NCBI GenBank assembly: GCA_964016885.1
Contig: OZ024744.1
Span: 33,170,001-33,234,000 of the forward strand
Source of the DNA: Eledone cirrhosa
Lineage: Eukaryota
Direction of reading: 5' to 3'
DNA length: 64,000 nt
Part shown: positions 1 through 11,672 of the stretch, piece by piece
Numbering within the stretch: the stretch's first letter is position 1
How the letters are laid out: each line of letters begins with the position of its first letter
Notes under the pieces: generated by a model
What the model saw: only the letters and a program-made list of their open reading frames with translations
What the model was told of the DNA's origin: nothing
Databases searched by the model: none
Position numbers and translations under genes: made by a program

Positions 1-12
1 ACTCGATTATTC

Positions 13-128
<116 letters not shown>

Positions 129-375
129 GTACTGAACCCGGTCATTGAAATGATCATAGTATAATAAATCTTTTAAGGAATTACACCAGTCCAGCCTCCT
201 GTTATTTTATAATAATTAACTCCGTACTCGCATCACCAACTACACAAACGAAGACGGGTGAGTTGCATTACATTGAGTGCTCCCCATAATATTACATCGA
301 GGTTGATCATATGGAATGACCAGTTCTATCCAGTGGTGAACCAACAAACCTAAATAAATATATATATATATATAT

Positions 376-1200
376 ATATGTTGAAAAGGTAACACACTAG
401 AGAGATATACAGTGCGTAGTGCGCCATCAATAAAACAGGGAAAAAAACCACCAGTGTATAGAATCTATATTCTGCCTTTCATAGGTTATAGATTCCATAC
501 ACTGGTGGTTTTTTCCCTTTTATATTGATGGCGCACTGTATCTCTCTCTAGTGTGTTACTTTTTCAACATATTGTATTTTAAATTGCCCAGGATTTCCTC
601 GCCTTTGAGCACATTATTTACAGGAACGGCGAGAGTCTATGGCTCCGTTAATATATCGTGATATTTCGCTCCTTATAACAGCCTTTCTCGTCCCTCTCTG
701 TTTGGTTGAGCACACTTCTCTGAGTTGTTTTGGGCTGCCCTTTCTAGCAGCTTGTCCCTCAGAGGCCATTGGTTCACTGCTCTTAAACATGCTGTGACTT
801 CTCTCTCCCACGTGTAGTTGGACGGCCGCTTTAAAAGTTCTCTTAGTATTGTCTGAAATGTATAGCCTAACACACGCTGATGAACCTGGGTTATTTCAGT
901 TCCGTTAACAACTTACTGGCGAAACAGATCACTTTGGATTTGTACGTGTGTTATATAGTTATAGAGATATTTATTTACGCTTTAATTTTAATTTTTAATT
1001 ATCGTGTCTATATTCTGCCTTTCATAGGATATAGATTCCATACACTGGTGGTTTTTCCCCTGTTTTATTGATGGCGCACTGCATCTCTCTCTAGTGTGTT
1101 ACCTTTTCAACATATTGTATTTTAAAGTGCCCAGGATTTCCTCTCCTTTGAGCACATTATTTACAGGGACCGGCGAGAGTTTATGGCTCCGTTAATGTAT

Positions 1201-1208
<8 letters not shown>
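376..1208 (+). mobile_element. Non-coding Penelope-like/retrozyme-like element: inverted 5' arm, two ~200-bp direct repeats and a hammerhead, in (TA)n
   Basis: 376-470 is the reverse complement of ~488-572. Direct repeats at 464-664 and 1007-1208 (period 543 bp). Hammerhead at 868-953. (TA)n on both flanks. Confidence 0.75.
868..953 (+). ncRNA. Type I hammerhead ribozyme
   Basis: Stem I TAACACACG(868-876)/CGTGTGTTA(945-953); CTGATGA 877-883; imperfect stem II 884-920; GAAA 921-924; stem III CAGATC/GATTTG; cleavage triplet GTA ending at 944. Confidence 0.85.
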
Positions 1209-1230
<22 letters not shown>

Positions 1231-1235
<5 letters not shown>

Positions 1236-1705
1236 AACGAGTAGGACCCCGACGGCTGAGCTCAAGCCGTTTAGACGGCTATTTCTGGACTAAATGAACA
1301 TTTTTATCCTGGTATTTGAATAGCCGAGCTTCTCATGGGGTAATTCCATATATGGTAAAAGTGATTGTCACAAGGATTGGTCAAAAGTTTTTTGTTGAGA
1401 CATAATAATTCTATCATGCCAATTTGTGGAGGCAAATTGCCATGATAGAATTATTATGTCTCAACAAAAAACGTTTGACCAATCCTTGTGACAATCACTT
1501 TTACCATATATGGAATTACCCCATGAGAAGCTCGGCTATTCAAATACCAGGATAAAAATGTTCATTTAGTCCATAAATAGCCGTCTAAACGGCTTGAGCT
1601 CAGCCGTCGGGGTCCTACTCGTTCCTATTACCCACTCTACTACCCTAAGTATTGAGTACTTTGGTGCGTTATGGTCCATCTGGTTCCTTACCACATTTCC
1701 TTCGT

Positions 1706-1707
<2 letters not shown>
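1231..1707 (+). mobile_element. Fold-back Penelope-like fragment (family also at 14705 and 61310) with degenerate hammerhead
   Basis: Near-perfect palindrome 1231-1426/1433-1628 with loop TGGAGG, then an ~80-nt unpaired tail ending TTCCTTCGT(TA)n. Hammerhead-shaped segment 1518-1613: ACCCC/GGGGT, CGGCTATT/AATAGCCG, CGGC/GCCG, GTC; core is mutated in this copy. Confidence 0.7.
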
Positions 1708-1731
<24 letters not shown>

Positions 1732-1738
<7 letters not shown>

Positions 1739-1840
1739 ATACTTGGGGAGGGTCATATTATTGTAATGCTATTGCCAGAAATAATAACAGAACACACTCA
1801 CTGTTTGGTTGGTTTTCTGCATCTTTTATATCTCCATAGT
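1732..1840 (-). mobile_element. 3' end fragment of the GIY-YIG Penelope-like family seen at 58022-58650
   Basis: TTGTTATACTTGGGGAGGGTCA is the reverse complement of the terminal motif TGACCCTCCCAAAGTATAACAA at ~58630-58650; abuts (TA)n. Confidence 0.55.
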
Positions 1841-2074
1841 TAATTCATTTGGCAATCAATGTTTATCATTGACTGACCAACGGTCAAAAATACAGATATG
1901 AATATATATATATATAGTCTAACAAAGTTCTCTCGTCACATATCTATAGCATCATCAGTCGTACTGTTATCATGTTTCCTCCTATTGTGTCGTGTTTACT
2001 CTTTTTGTCGTGTTTACTTTTTATTTTTTATTATCGCAAAACATATATTATATATATATATATATACAGATAAT

Positions 2075-3468
2075 TTCAATCAACTGATAGAACACATAAA
2101 CAGGAACCCGGATACTGGAAGCTAAACATGTCGCTCCCGACGCGTATAGACTTCAGTAAACGGATTAGCAATTTAGTTAAACGCCATCATAAACAACAGG
2201 TGGTGGAGGTCTCTCAAGAGAGCAATTAAAGTAGAATCAACAGCCTTTAGAGAAGAACAAGACTGAAAAGGAACTGGTAGTCAAAGTAGAAGAGGCACTT
2301 AGGAATGGCAGTACAGCTGACGTGCTAGCGGCGAGAACAGCACTAGACCACTTCTTAAACGTGAAACACGAAGGTTGTATTGTCAGAAGTAGAACACGTG
2401 CTCTGAGAAACGAAGGAGCCAAACCTGTTAGCTGTGGCCGAGTAGCAGAGACGAAAAGTGGCAACAAATCCACAATTCGGTCTCTGGAAAACCAAGACGG
2501 ACTCATATTTCTTGAATCCAAGCGGATGTGCAAGGCATTCCAGCAGCACTTTGCACAACTGTTCGGGCAGAGCGCTGTGCCGAGCTTGGTGATGGACTTC
2601 AGTTCCTACCTCGATGGCCTACCTTGACTCTCGAACAGGGATGCGGAGAGTTGCAAAAGGCCGATCACAGCGGGTGAAATAGAAGACTTCCTAGGTTGCT
2701 GTGGGAAACGAAGCAGTCTACTACAACTTGCAGAAGAACGGGTGAATTCCCAGTTCTGCAAGCCGAGGCGTAGTAACGCCGATCAGGAAAGATGAGAACA
2801 AAGGGGATAACATAAGTAACTTCAGGCCCATAACTCTGCTCAACACAGAATTGAAGACTTTGGCCAAGGTGTTAGCAACGAGGCTGGCGCTCGTCGTCGA
2901 GAACCTGGTGGGGGGAAGCGCAAACGTGTGTAATTCCCACCAGGTCCATACACGAAAATCTCCACCTCATGCGATACATCATAGAGAAGGTGGGGTGTAA
3001 ACCTGACTTCAGTGGGGCTTTGATCAATTTAGATAAATCTAAGGCATTTGATAGGATCGACCATCAATACTTGGTGATCGTTGTCCCTGTGGAATTATGT
3101 CGAACACCTACAGAAGGAAGGTGCTACGCCCCAGTAAATTCGCTGAAAGGTGGGTGAATGTGGCGAAAATGGCCCGAGTGTTTTGGTCGTCTCTGTATAT
3201 AAACCTGCAATTTGAAGAATACAGAAAGAGGGAAGACGGGAATACCTACAAAACGTACTCCTAGTGTTGAGGGTTGTTCTATCTACGGGGTGTAAAATAA
3301 CCACGCAGTAACCTTTCCCACTTTTGGGGATTTAGATTGTTAATTTATTTTATATATAGTTTATTGTTATTTATTAATAGTAAAGTTTATACGATTCGTA
3401 TGTAAAACCCTCGCCGTCACGTCTTGTAATGTCCCATTTCTTGTACGCCCTTGTGACAAATAAAGAAA
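2075..3468 (+). mobile_element. Tx1-clade LINE copy A, degraded, large internal deletion
   Basis: Peptides KHEGCIVRSRTRALRNEG and INLDKSKAFDRIDH match copies B/E/F. Jumps to the ORF2 C-terminus at ~3118. Ends AATAAAGAAA followed by a degenerate TATC repeat. Confidence 0.85.
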
Positions 3469-3500
3469 GATATATATCTATAAAGATATCTATCTATCTA

Positions 3501-6500
3501 TAAGTGCCTTTTCTCTTCACCACCAACATGGCTATGCTAAGAGTAGGCTGTTTAAATGCGCGTGGCATGGGCTCAACTTGGAAGCAAGCAATGCTTCTAA
3601 ATGACCTCAGGTCACAACGTATAGATGTGATGGTTATTTGCGAGGTCCGGATCAGCAACGTGCGACAGCTGGCCCCCACCTTTGATGACTTTGAGATGCA
3701 CGCATCTCTCTGTCAGCCCGGAGGTGGGGGTGGAGTTGTCGTTCTGCTGCAAAAACATCTGGGTCTCGCAACACAGATGGTACATTTGGACCCGGAGGGT
3801 CGACTAGTGGTTCTGGACCTTGGCAGTGGTAAAGGCGGAGCGTTTAGGTTGGTAGCCGCCTACGGCTCTTTCGGGTCAATGCGGCCGGACTTCTTCCATC
3901 GTCTGGAGACTTTTCTAGGGACGTCCCGCTCCTTGCTATTAGTGGGGGACTGGAATGGTATCCTAGATGCACGCTGGGACTACGTAGGGGCCTTCCCCGA
4001 TAGAGAGGGGTGTAATAGCCTCAAAGGGTTAATCGGTCGATTTGACCTGGCCGATAGATATCGACTAGATTTTCCGACTGCGCCAACCTGGACTTGGGCA
4101 AATCGTAGCGGATCATCTAGGTCGTACCTACATAGGTTCTTAGTTAGAATTAAGGATAAGGACTTTTTAAGTTGTCCAAAAATGCGCATGGTTGGCTATT
4201 CAGACCACAAATTAGTGACCTGCATGGTCAACCTTGACAGAACTCATAGACAGGGACCCGGTTACTGGAAGCTCAACTTGTCCTTACCGGCAAGTAAGGC
4301 TTACAGGAACCGGATTAGCACTTTAGTTAAGGAGCGGTTGACGGGCGCCATCGTCAACAGCAGGTGATGGGGATCTCTCAAAAGAGAGATTAGAGTAGTC
4401 TCTATAGAATTTAGTAAGGAGTTAGCCTCAAATAGAAATAGGAAGGAAAGGGAGTTGGTAGATAGTGTAGAAGAGGTAATTAGAAGCGGCGACGTGGCCA
4501 GAGTGCTAGCGTCGAGAACGGCCCTGGGCCAGTTCTTCGACGCGAAACACGAAGGCTGTATCGTCCGAAGCAAAATACGTGCTCTGGGAAACGAGGGGAC
4601 CAAAGCTGTTAGCTGGGCCCGCGTGACAGAAGCCAAAAGAGGGAGCAGATCCACTATCCGGTCTTTGCGAGACCAGGATGGACGGGTGATCCTTGAACCT
4701 AAGCAGATGTGCGAGCCTTTTCAAAGCACTTTGCCGGATTGTTCGGAAGGGGCGGGGGGCCGGTTGGGAACGTGGACTTCGGTCCATACCTCGACGGCCT
4801 GCCGCGTCTCTCGGACAGGGAGGCGAAGTCCTGCGAGGAGCCGATTTCAGCCGCCGAGTTAGAGGACGTGCTGAGCCAATGCGGCAAACGCAAATCCCTG
4901 GGTCTCGATGGTCTTCCATACGAACTATATCTAGCTATGCCGGACTTGTTCCCCGAACTCCTCGAGGCGGTCTACTGCAACTGGCAACAGAACGGGAGAA
5001 TTCCCTGTGCTGTGACCAAGGGCGTAGTCACGCTAGTGAGGAAGGACGAGAACAAGGGGGACGATATAAATAATTTCAGGCCCATAACTCTGCTAAATAC
5101 AGAGTTACAGATTTTGGCCAAGGTGCTAGCAAAGAGGTTGGCGCTTGTCGTGGGCAACCTGGTGGGAGATGCGCAGACATGTGCTATCCCGTCCAGGTCC
5201 ATCCACGATAACCTCCACCTCATGCGATACATCATAGAGAGGGTTGGGAACGAACCCGGCTTTGGTGGGGCCCTGATCAACTTGGATCAATCTAAGGCAT
5301 TCGATAGGGTCGACCATGGTTACCTGCATGCGGTGCTAGCGGCGGCAGGCTTCGGACCCGTTTTCAGGTGCTGGATCAATGCCATGCACAGCAGCCGCAT
5401 CTGCTCTAGGGTCAAGGTGAACGGCTACCTCTCGGAGCCGTTCGAAATCGCGCGGTCCATCCGACAGGGGTGCCCTCTCTCCTCCCTTCTGTATGTAATG
5501 ACTCTAGAGCCACTGCTGCGGAAGTTGGAGTTGTTGCAGGGCATCCCGTTGGAACCGGGATTGCGGAAAGCGGTGTCAGCCTACGCCGATGACGTAACAG
5601 TAATGGTGTCGACGGCCTCGGAAATCGGGCCGATCGGCACCTTACTGGAGGAGTACGAAAGGTTTACAGGGGCTAAGCTGAACCGGGACAAGTCGATCGG
5701 TCTGCAACTCGGCACGTGGAGGGGCAGATCGATGCCCTCCGATGGCGTCGTCGGGCGCTGGACGGAGGGCCCGGTGAAGTTGCTCGGGGTCTGGTTCGGA
5801 CCAGACCTCCAGGTGGAGAAGAACTGGGGTGAGGTGACGAACAGGGTGTTTGCACTGACCCAGGAGTGGCCCGAGTGCAAACTGTCCCTGAAAGGACGGG
5901 CGGAGGTGGCGAACACTTATATAGCGTCCGTCATCTACTACCGCCTGACCGTTGTGCCTTGCCCAAGGCAAACGCTCGCCAAAATGGAGCGCGCACTCTT
6001 CCAGTTCCTTTGGAAGAAGCGGGCTCCTATGGTGAGGAGATCCATCTGCTGTCAACACCCTTCGAAAGGAGGGCTGGGGATGCCGTGGTTAATGATACGT
6101 AAACACGCATAGAGGCTACGGCACATTCAGGTATTCCTCTCCGGTCAACCGGTGTGGGCCCCGTTTGTGAGGCGAGCCTTTCCCAGACTCGTCTCACTCA
6201 CCGAGTGTGCCCAGGCACTCACGGCTCTCTGGCAGGCGGACCCCGCTGTCAGTGGAGAATCCACCTCGTCATTCTATAGAGGGCTGGTGGTTAGCAGGTG
6301 CGACGACGCCCTCGGAGAAGCCCTAGGCATGGAGGAAGACGAACTGGCCAACCTGTTCGGTAGGACATTCAGCCCGGGACCCATGGATAACTTCCAGAGG
6401 TCCCTGGCCTGGCAATGCTACAGAAGGGCTCTGCCCGTTCGAGAAAGGCTCTACAGACACGGGCGCCCGGGTAGGGACCCATCGAAAAAGATCTGTCCCA

Positions 6501-7174
6501 GATTCGTGTGCGACGAGGAAACCGTTACACACGCATTGGTACACTGCTCGGGCATTGCCGATCTGTGGGGTTATGTCGAACAACTGCTGTCAAGGGTGGG
6601 ACCAATCCGATTGACCACCGAGTCTATTGTAACGATCAAGCCGCCTCCCCTCTTCAAAAACGAAGGAGAGGCGGTGTTTCTGTGCGTAATAGCCATGGCG
6701 AAAGAGGTTGTATGGTGGACGCGTCTGAAAGGACTGAGGTCAGACACCTTTCTCTCTGGCCAACAACTGGTCCGTTTCTTCCGATATCATTTCGGAAGAA
6801 GGATCAGGATGGAGAGAGAGGTGCTGCACCCCAGCCGTTTCTATGAAAGATGGGTGAAAGTGGCGAGAATGGCCCGTGTGAATGGGCCTTCACTCTACAT
6901 CAGACTATAGGTGAGGAAGATGAAAGACCAAGGTAGCACCCCTTCTCTGTGCTCCTGAGGAGAAGGGTTGCACACTTTTTTCGGGGGTGTGTGCGACCCC
7001 CCAAGGCGCCTCCTCTCTATTGAGGACTTTGTTATAAATTTTATTTTTTGTTATATTTTATTTTATTTTTATATATTGTTATTGCCTCCTCCTTATTGAG
7101 GACGCCTTGTTTTGTAAACTCCCCCCCATTGTACTTGTCCCACTTTTGATGCCCTGGTGGCAAATAAAAGAAAC
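3501..7174 (+). mobile_element. Tx1-clade LINE copy B: entire ORF2 region plus 3' UTR, no ORF1
   Basis: APE motifs (CLNARG, GDWN, SDH) in 3504-4367; RT (QSKAFDRVDH, RQGCPLS, YADD) in 4709-6112; C-terminal zinc-finger region 6152-6910. Flanked by TATCTATCTA (5') and (TATC)n (3'). Confidence 0.95.
3528..6910 (+). pseudogene. Disrupted ORF2 (APE endonuclease - reverse transcriptase - zinc finger) of Tx1 copy B
   Basis: Stops at ~4367 and ~6112, a frameshift near 4710 and a 54-bp in-frame deletion at ~6200 relative to copies C and F. Confidence 0.9.
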
Positions 7175-7744
7175 ATATCTATCTATCTATCTATCTATCT
7201 ATATATATATATATGCATATATATATATCGATCTAAATATCCCCCTCTCTTTCTATTCTTTAATTCCTTATTCTATTTTCTTTACTCCGAGTGAATGAAT
7301 AATTTTATAATTGTTACATTAAATATAACCAGTTTCAATTGGTATAACAATCTTATCAAATATCAGATATTAAATATTTTATATTAAAAAAAAATGTTTT
7401 TTTTTTCTTTTTTCCTATGAGCAGTTCGAATAAATGTGAAATTTCTGACAACATTTCTTCTCATATATATATGTTCTTTATGAAGGTATGATAGTAAAGC
7501 TGGAGGCAAGTTTCAACAGGTCAGGATTTAATTGAATTAACTTGGTTGAAAATGGAAAATCTTGTTACCATTTATACTAATAGTCCAGATGGTATTTTTA
7601 ATGTGTATTAAGGTGAGGTTCAATTGTATCGAAAGATCAGGATTTAGCATTTGTGAAAGTGGAAATATTTGGGAGTGGATATAGAATTAATCTTTTATGT
7701 GTGTGTGTACCCCTAGTATCACGAGAACAAAATTGCTTTTAGGG

Positions 7745-7866
<122 letters not shown>

Positions 7867-7875
7867 TGTGTGTGT

Positions 7876-7930
<55 letters not shown>

Positions 7931-7974
7931 TGTGGGTGTGTGTGTGTGTGCGTGTGTGTGTGCGTGTGTGTGTT

Positions 7975-8100
7975 TGTTCAATCGTGGGTAACCACAGTTA
8001 GTAAGGTACTCAATACATTACTAGAATGTAAACACCACATTTAATATAGAAATGGCTTCTGCAAAACTAGAACTGTTTCATTCAAAATAAATCAACAGAA
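7975..8100 (-). mobile_element. Degraded copy of the hammerhead-bearing repeat family also at 11180, 15675 and 16349
   Basis: Reverse complement aligns with 11185-11305 (GAATGAAACAGTTCTAG...GAAGCC...GTATTGAGTACCTTA...GATTGAAC). Confidence 0.6.
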
Positions 8101-9653
8101 TGAAACAGTTCAGTAAAGAGTTCAAATGAAGTAAGTTTTGAAAAAACACATTCCAAAACACCCTTATGTAAGAATATTACAGAAAACAATATTGATTATA
8201 TATTGTAATACATATGAAAGTAATCAGAATATAAAGATATTTTACACTATATATTACACTACTTGTTATAGCTAAACTAAACCTACCTACACACCTGTTT
8301 CAAATCTTGGAGATAGAATCATCCAACTACCGTGGTTAACATAAACATGGTAGAATGGTAGAATTAATGTATTTGAAGAGCCAGATCATCTTTGGTTGGC
8401 AGATGTATTTGGACTAGTACAACTAAATGTGTCCATTAGGAGACCAGTTGAATAAATGACTCGTTACCGTAACAATATCGGTAAATGACACTACGCTGGA
8501 ATGAGAATAAAATACATGTGCTTATTTTGGTGTCGTGTGGACAGTAAATAGGTTGATGAAAGTGCTAGAAATAGCTTATTAACCCACTGTGATAGAGCAG
8601 CTCAACTGAAATATGGGAGAAGTGTATAAAATATAGATCGAAATAAAAACATATCGATTTCATTCTTCCGTAAAGAGCTGAATGGGAGCAAGATTCGAAA
8701 AAAAAGAAAAAAAAAGAGTACATTTATGCATCTTGCTATGAACGCCTAGTAACAAATTGTTATGGGTAGAAAGGCTCAGCTATTGAAACAGGTGTTTAGG
8801 CAACATTCAAGATAAAGACATTGTTGACCATTAGCTGCACCTACCCTCTGCTGACTGTTGCACGTTCTAGTTCACAGTTCACAGGGAGAAAGTTAGAGAG
8901 AGAGAGAGTGAGAATTGCACGATATCTCAACAGTTCATTGCAATTTGATATAGTGCAAGACGGCTGGTGTCAGCCTGGCATAGAGTTAATAATATAACTA
9001 TATCTATATATAAATGTGATTGACTTTCGTCCGTCACACAATGTGTGTTTGTGTGAATGTATGCGTGTGTAAAAGGAAGGAAGGGGATGGTGAAAAAACT
9101 ATAGTAAAACAGCATTGTGTGTGAGTGTATGAGTATGTGTGTGTGTTTCTGTAAATGTACATGTGTGTGATTGTTTAAATGTATGTGTGAATGTATGTCT
9201 GTGAGTATGTATTTCTGTTAGTGTATCTGTGTTTGCACGTTTATATTTATACACTCATACATAAATGTATGCACATGCACATACACACACGCACACACAT
9301 ATACGTACATGCACACACACATACATACATGCACACACACATACACATACACACACACGCACACACATATACGTAAGCGTCAGAGTGTTGGAAAAAATCT
9401 TAGTACAGAAAATACAGAATTATTGCAGAGATAATTTGGTGAATGATATCAGCGACAACAGCGTTGCTGTATTATGTGAGGAGTACTAAATGGGTATTAA
9501 AATGTTATTATACCTTGTATGGAGCAGTAAATCTTTGATATATCTACTTTTGTAAACTATCAAATTATCTATTCGTTTTATTACTACTACACATTTACTC
9601 TAATATATATATCTACACCATTATTACTACTACACCATTATTACTACTACAAA

Positions 9654-9850
9654 GGCGGTGGATTGGCAGTATCGGTTGAGAATCGGACGCTATGCTTTCC
9701 AGCATAGTTACGTCCCTTTACGATCTGAGTTCAAATCCCGCCGAGGTTGACTTTGCCTTTCATCCTTACGGGGTCGATAAAATAAAGTACCAGTAATGCA
9801 CTGGGTATTTGCTGGCCTTGTGCCTAAAGTAGAAACAATTATTACTACTA
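9654..9850 (+). mobile_element. tRNA-headed SINE with MetaSINE-like central domain
   Basis: A-box TGGCAGTATCGG (9664-9675), B-box GTTCAAATCC (9729-9738), central GCCTTTCATCCTTACGGGGTCGATAAAATAAAGTACC, A/T-rich tail; several copies in the window. Confidence 0.8.
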
Positions 9851-10097
9851 CACATTTACTCTAATATATATGTCTGTTCGTTTTATTACTACAACACATT
9901 TACTCTAATATATATATATCTACGCCATTAAACACAGTATAAAAACAGTTTTTATCACTGAAAATAAACTTTTGACCAGAATTGTTTGACCTCTATCTTA
10001 ACACAATAGAGATACACACACTCACACAGAATTAGAAAAAGTCTTTTTCCTATGCTACTACTACTTACCTAAACAGTGTATGTATATATATAATGTA

Positions 10098-10697
10098 CAG
10101 TGGTACCTTGACTTACGAGTTTAATTCATTCCGTGACGGAGCTCGTAACTCAAATTACTTTATGTCGAAGTACCTGGGGTCTGCTGCAGCAAATCAGTGT
10201 AAATAACTTGTGCCTTCACGCAGATTATAGTCTCCGTTACGGTATCTCATCTGAGCTGCTTCTCCGTCAACGACACTATCAGCAGCTTTTCCATATTTTC
10301 ATAGATAGATATCCACTGTTTAAAAATTATTTTAACTTCTTTAGCTGGTGTTATAGCCTTTATCCACTCCTTCTTCAGTATGGTGCAGATCGTAAAAGTG
10401 CTACGCTCGTACTGCTTCGCCAAGTCGGCTGCACGCATACCATGGTCGTTTTTCGATAATTTCTTTCTTTAATTTAATGCACATCAACGGTTTCTTCTTC
10501 TCAGCACTGTCATTCGCGCTCATTTTCTTCGGACCTATGGGATGTTGGGTGGATGTTACGGCAGTCGCTATGCCAACTAACGGAGGGGTATTTGACGCTG
10601 GCTCGTAACCCGAATTTTAGCTCGCAACTCAAAGCAGAATATCGGACGAGATACGAAAACTCGTTAGTTGGGACATTCATAAGTCAAGGTACCACTG
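10098..10697 (-). mobile_element. Non-autonomous Tigger/pogo (Tc1/mariner superfamily) DNA transposon, 600 bp
   Basis: TIRs CAGTGGTACCTTGACTTA / TAAGTCAAGGTACCACTG with TA on each side. Minus-strand remnant of the N-terminal HTH region (ADLAKQYERSTFTICTILK...ENMEKLL); no DDD domain. Confidence 0.9.
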
Positions 10698-10995
10698 TAC
10701 TTTCTTTCTAAAGTGACACGAAATATGAACAGTGACACGAAATATGAACATACATTCTTCAACTCTTAATATTTAATTTTTAATTTTTAATTCTTAACTT
10801 TGATAAGATGAATTATATTTCTTCTCAATTTTATAAAAAAAAACCTTTAAAACAAGCGTTCTCCTAATTTCGATAATCGGATTAAAGAAGAAAAAAAGAT
10901 TCTTTAAATATATTTCCGTGCTGTTTTCATCCTTTTTCATCCTTACTCTTTTCTATAACCTCTGATTTGTATAGAACCTTACCCCCTTTTCAATA

Positions 10996-11064
<69 letters not shown>

Positions 11065-11065
11065 C

Positions 11066-11151
<86 letters not shown>

Positions 11152-11179
11152 CATGCATTGTTCCAGAGAATATCTCATA

Positions 11180-11316
11180 TGATGATTTCCTTCGAATGAA
11201 ACAGTTCTACTAGTCCTGTAGAAGCCATTTTTATATTAAATTTGTTGTATACACTCTACTAATGTATTGAGTACCTTATTTACTGTGGTTACTCCAGATT
11301 GAACTCCGGAACTCAT
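11180..11316 (+). mobile_element. 5'-truncated hammerhead-bearing repeat (family of 15675/16349)
   Basis: TGATGATTTCCTTCGAATGAAACAG...CTGTAGAAGCC, then a tail ending in TA repeats. Confidence 0.65.
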
Positions 11317-11384
11317 ATATATAATAGTAAAGTTTATGAGAGTAAAGTTTATGAGAGTAAAGTTTATGAGAGTAAATTTTACTA

Positions 11385-11542
11385 CTGTCGCTCAGAGAGT
11401 GGGATTGGTTCAGTGCACAGTCTTTCCTCACTTAAAAACATATCTTCACGCACAGGTATTACACGATAGAATTAATTAATAATTATTAATAATATTATTT
11501 TGCGCAATGGCCATACTCGATAACGTGGGGGCAGCCATCTTG
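11385..11542 (+). mobile_element. Fragment of a repeat ending GCAGCCATCTTG-(TATG)n (family also at 17674 and 56589)
   Basis: 11385-11460 is the reverse complement of part of 17820-17885; shared terminus GCAGCCATCTTG next to a (TATG)n array. Confidence 0.55.
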
Positions 11543-11672
11543 TGTATATGTATGTATGTATATTTGAATGCATGTATGTATGTATATATGTATGTATGTA
11601 TATTGTAATGCATGTATGTGTATATGTATGTATATTTGAATGCATGTATGTATGTATATATATGTGTGTATG

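Noticed and set aside
4972-6058. Antisense ORFs repeated in several Tx1 copies (MIRAPPKPG..., MFATSARPF...)
   Set aside because: Shadow ORFs of GC-rich RT coding sequence; their recurrence only reflects copy similarity.
9654-9740. Possible tRNA gene
   Set aside because: A and B boxes are present, but no cloverleaf is evident and it continues into a multi-copy SINE body.
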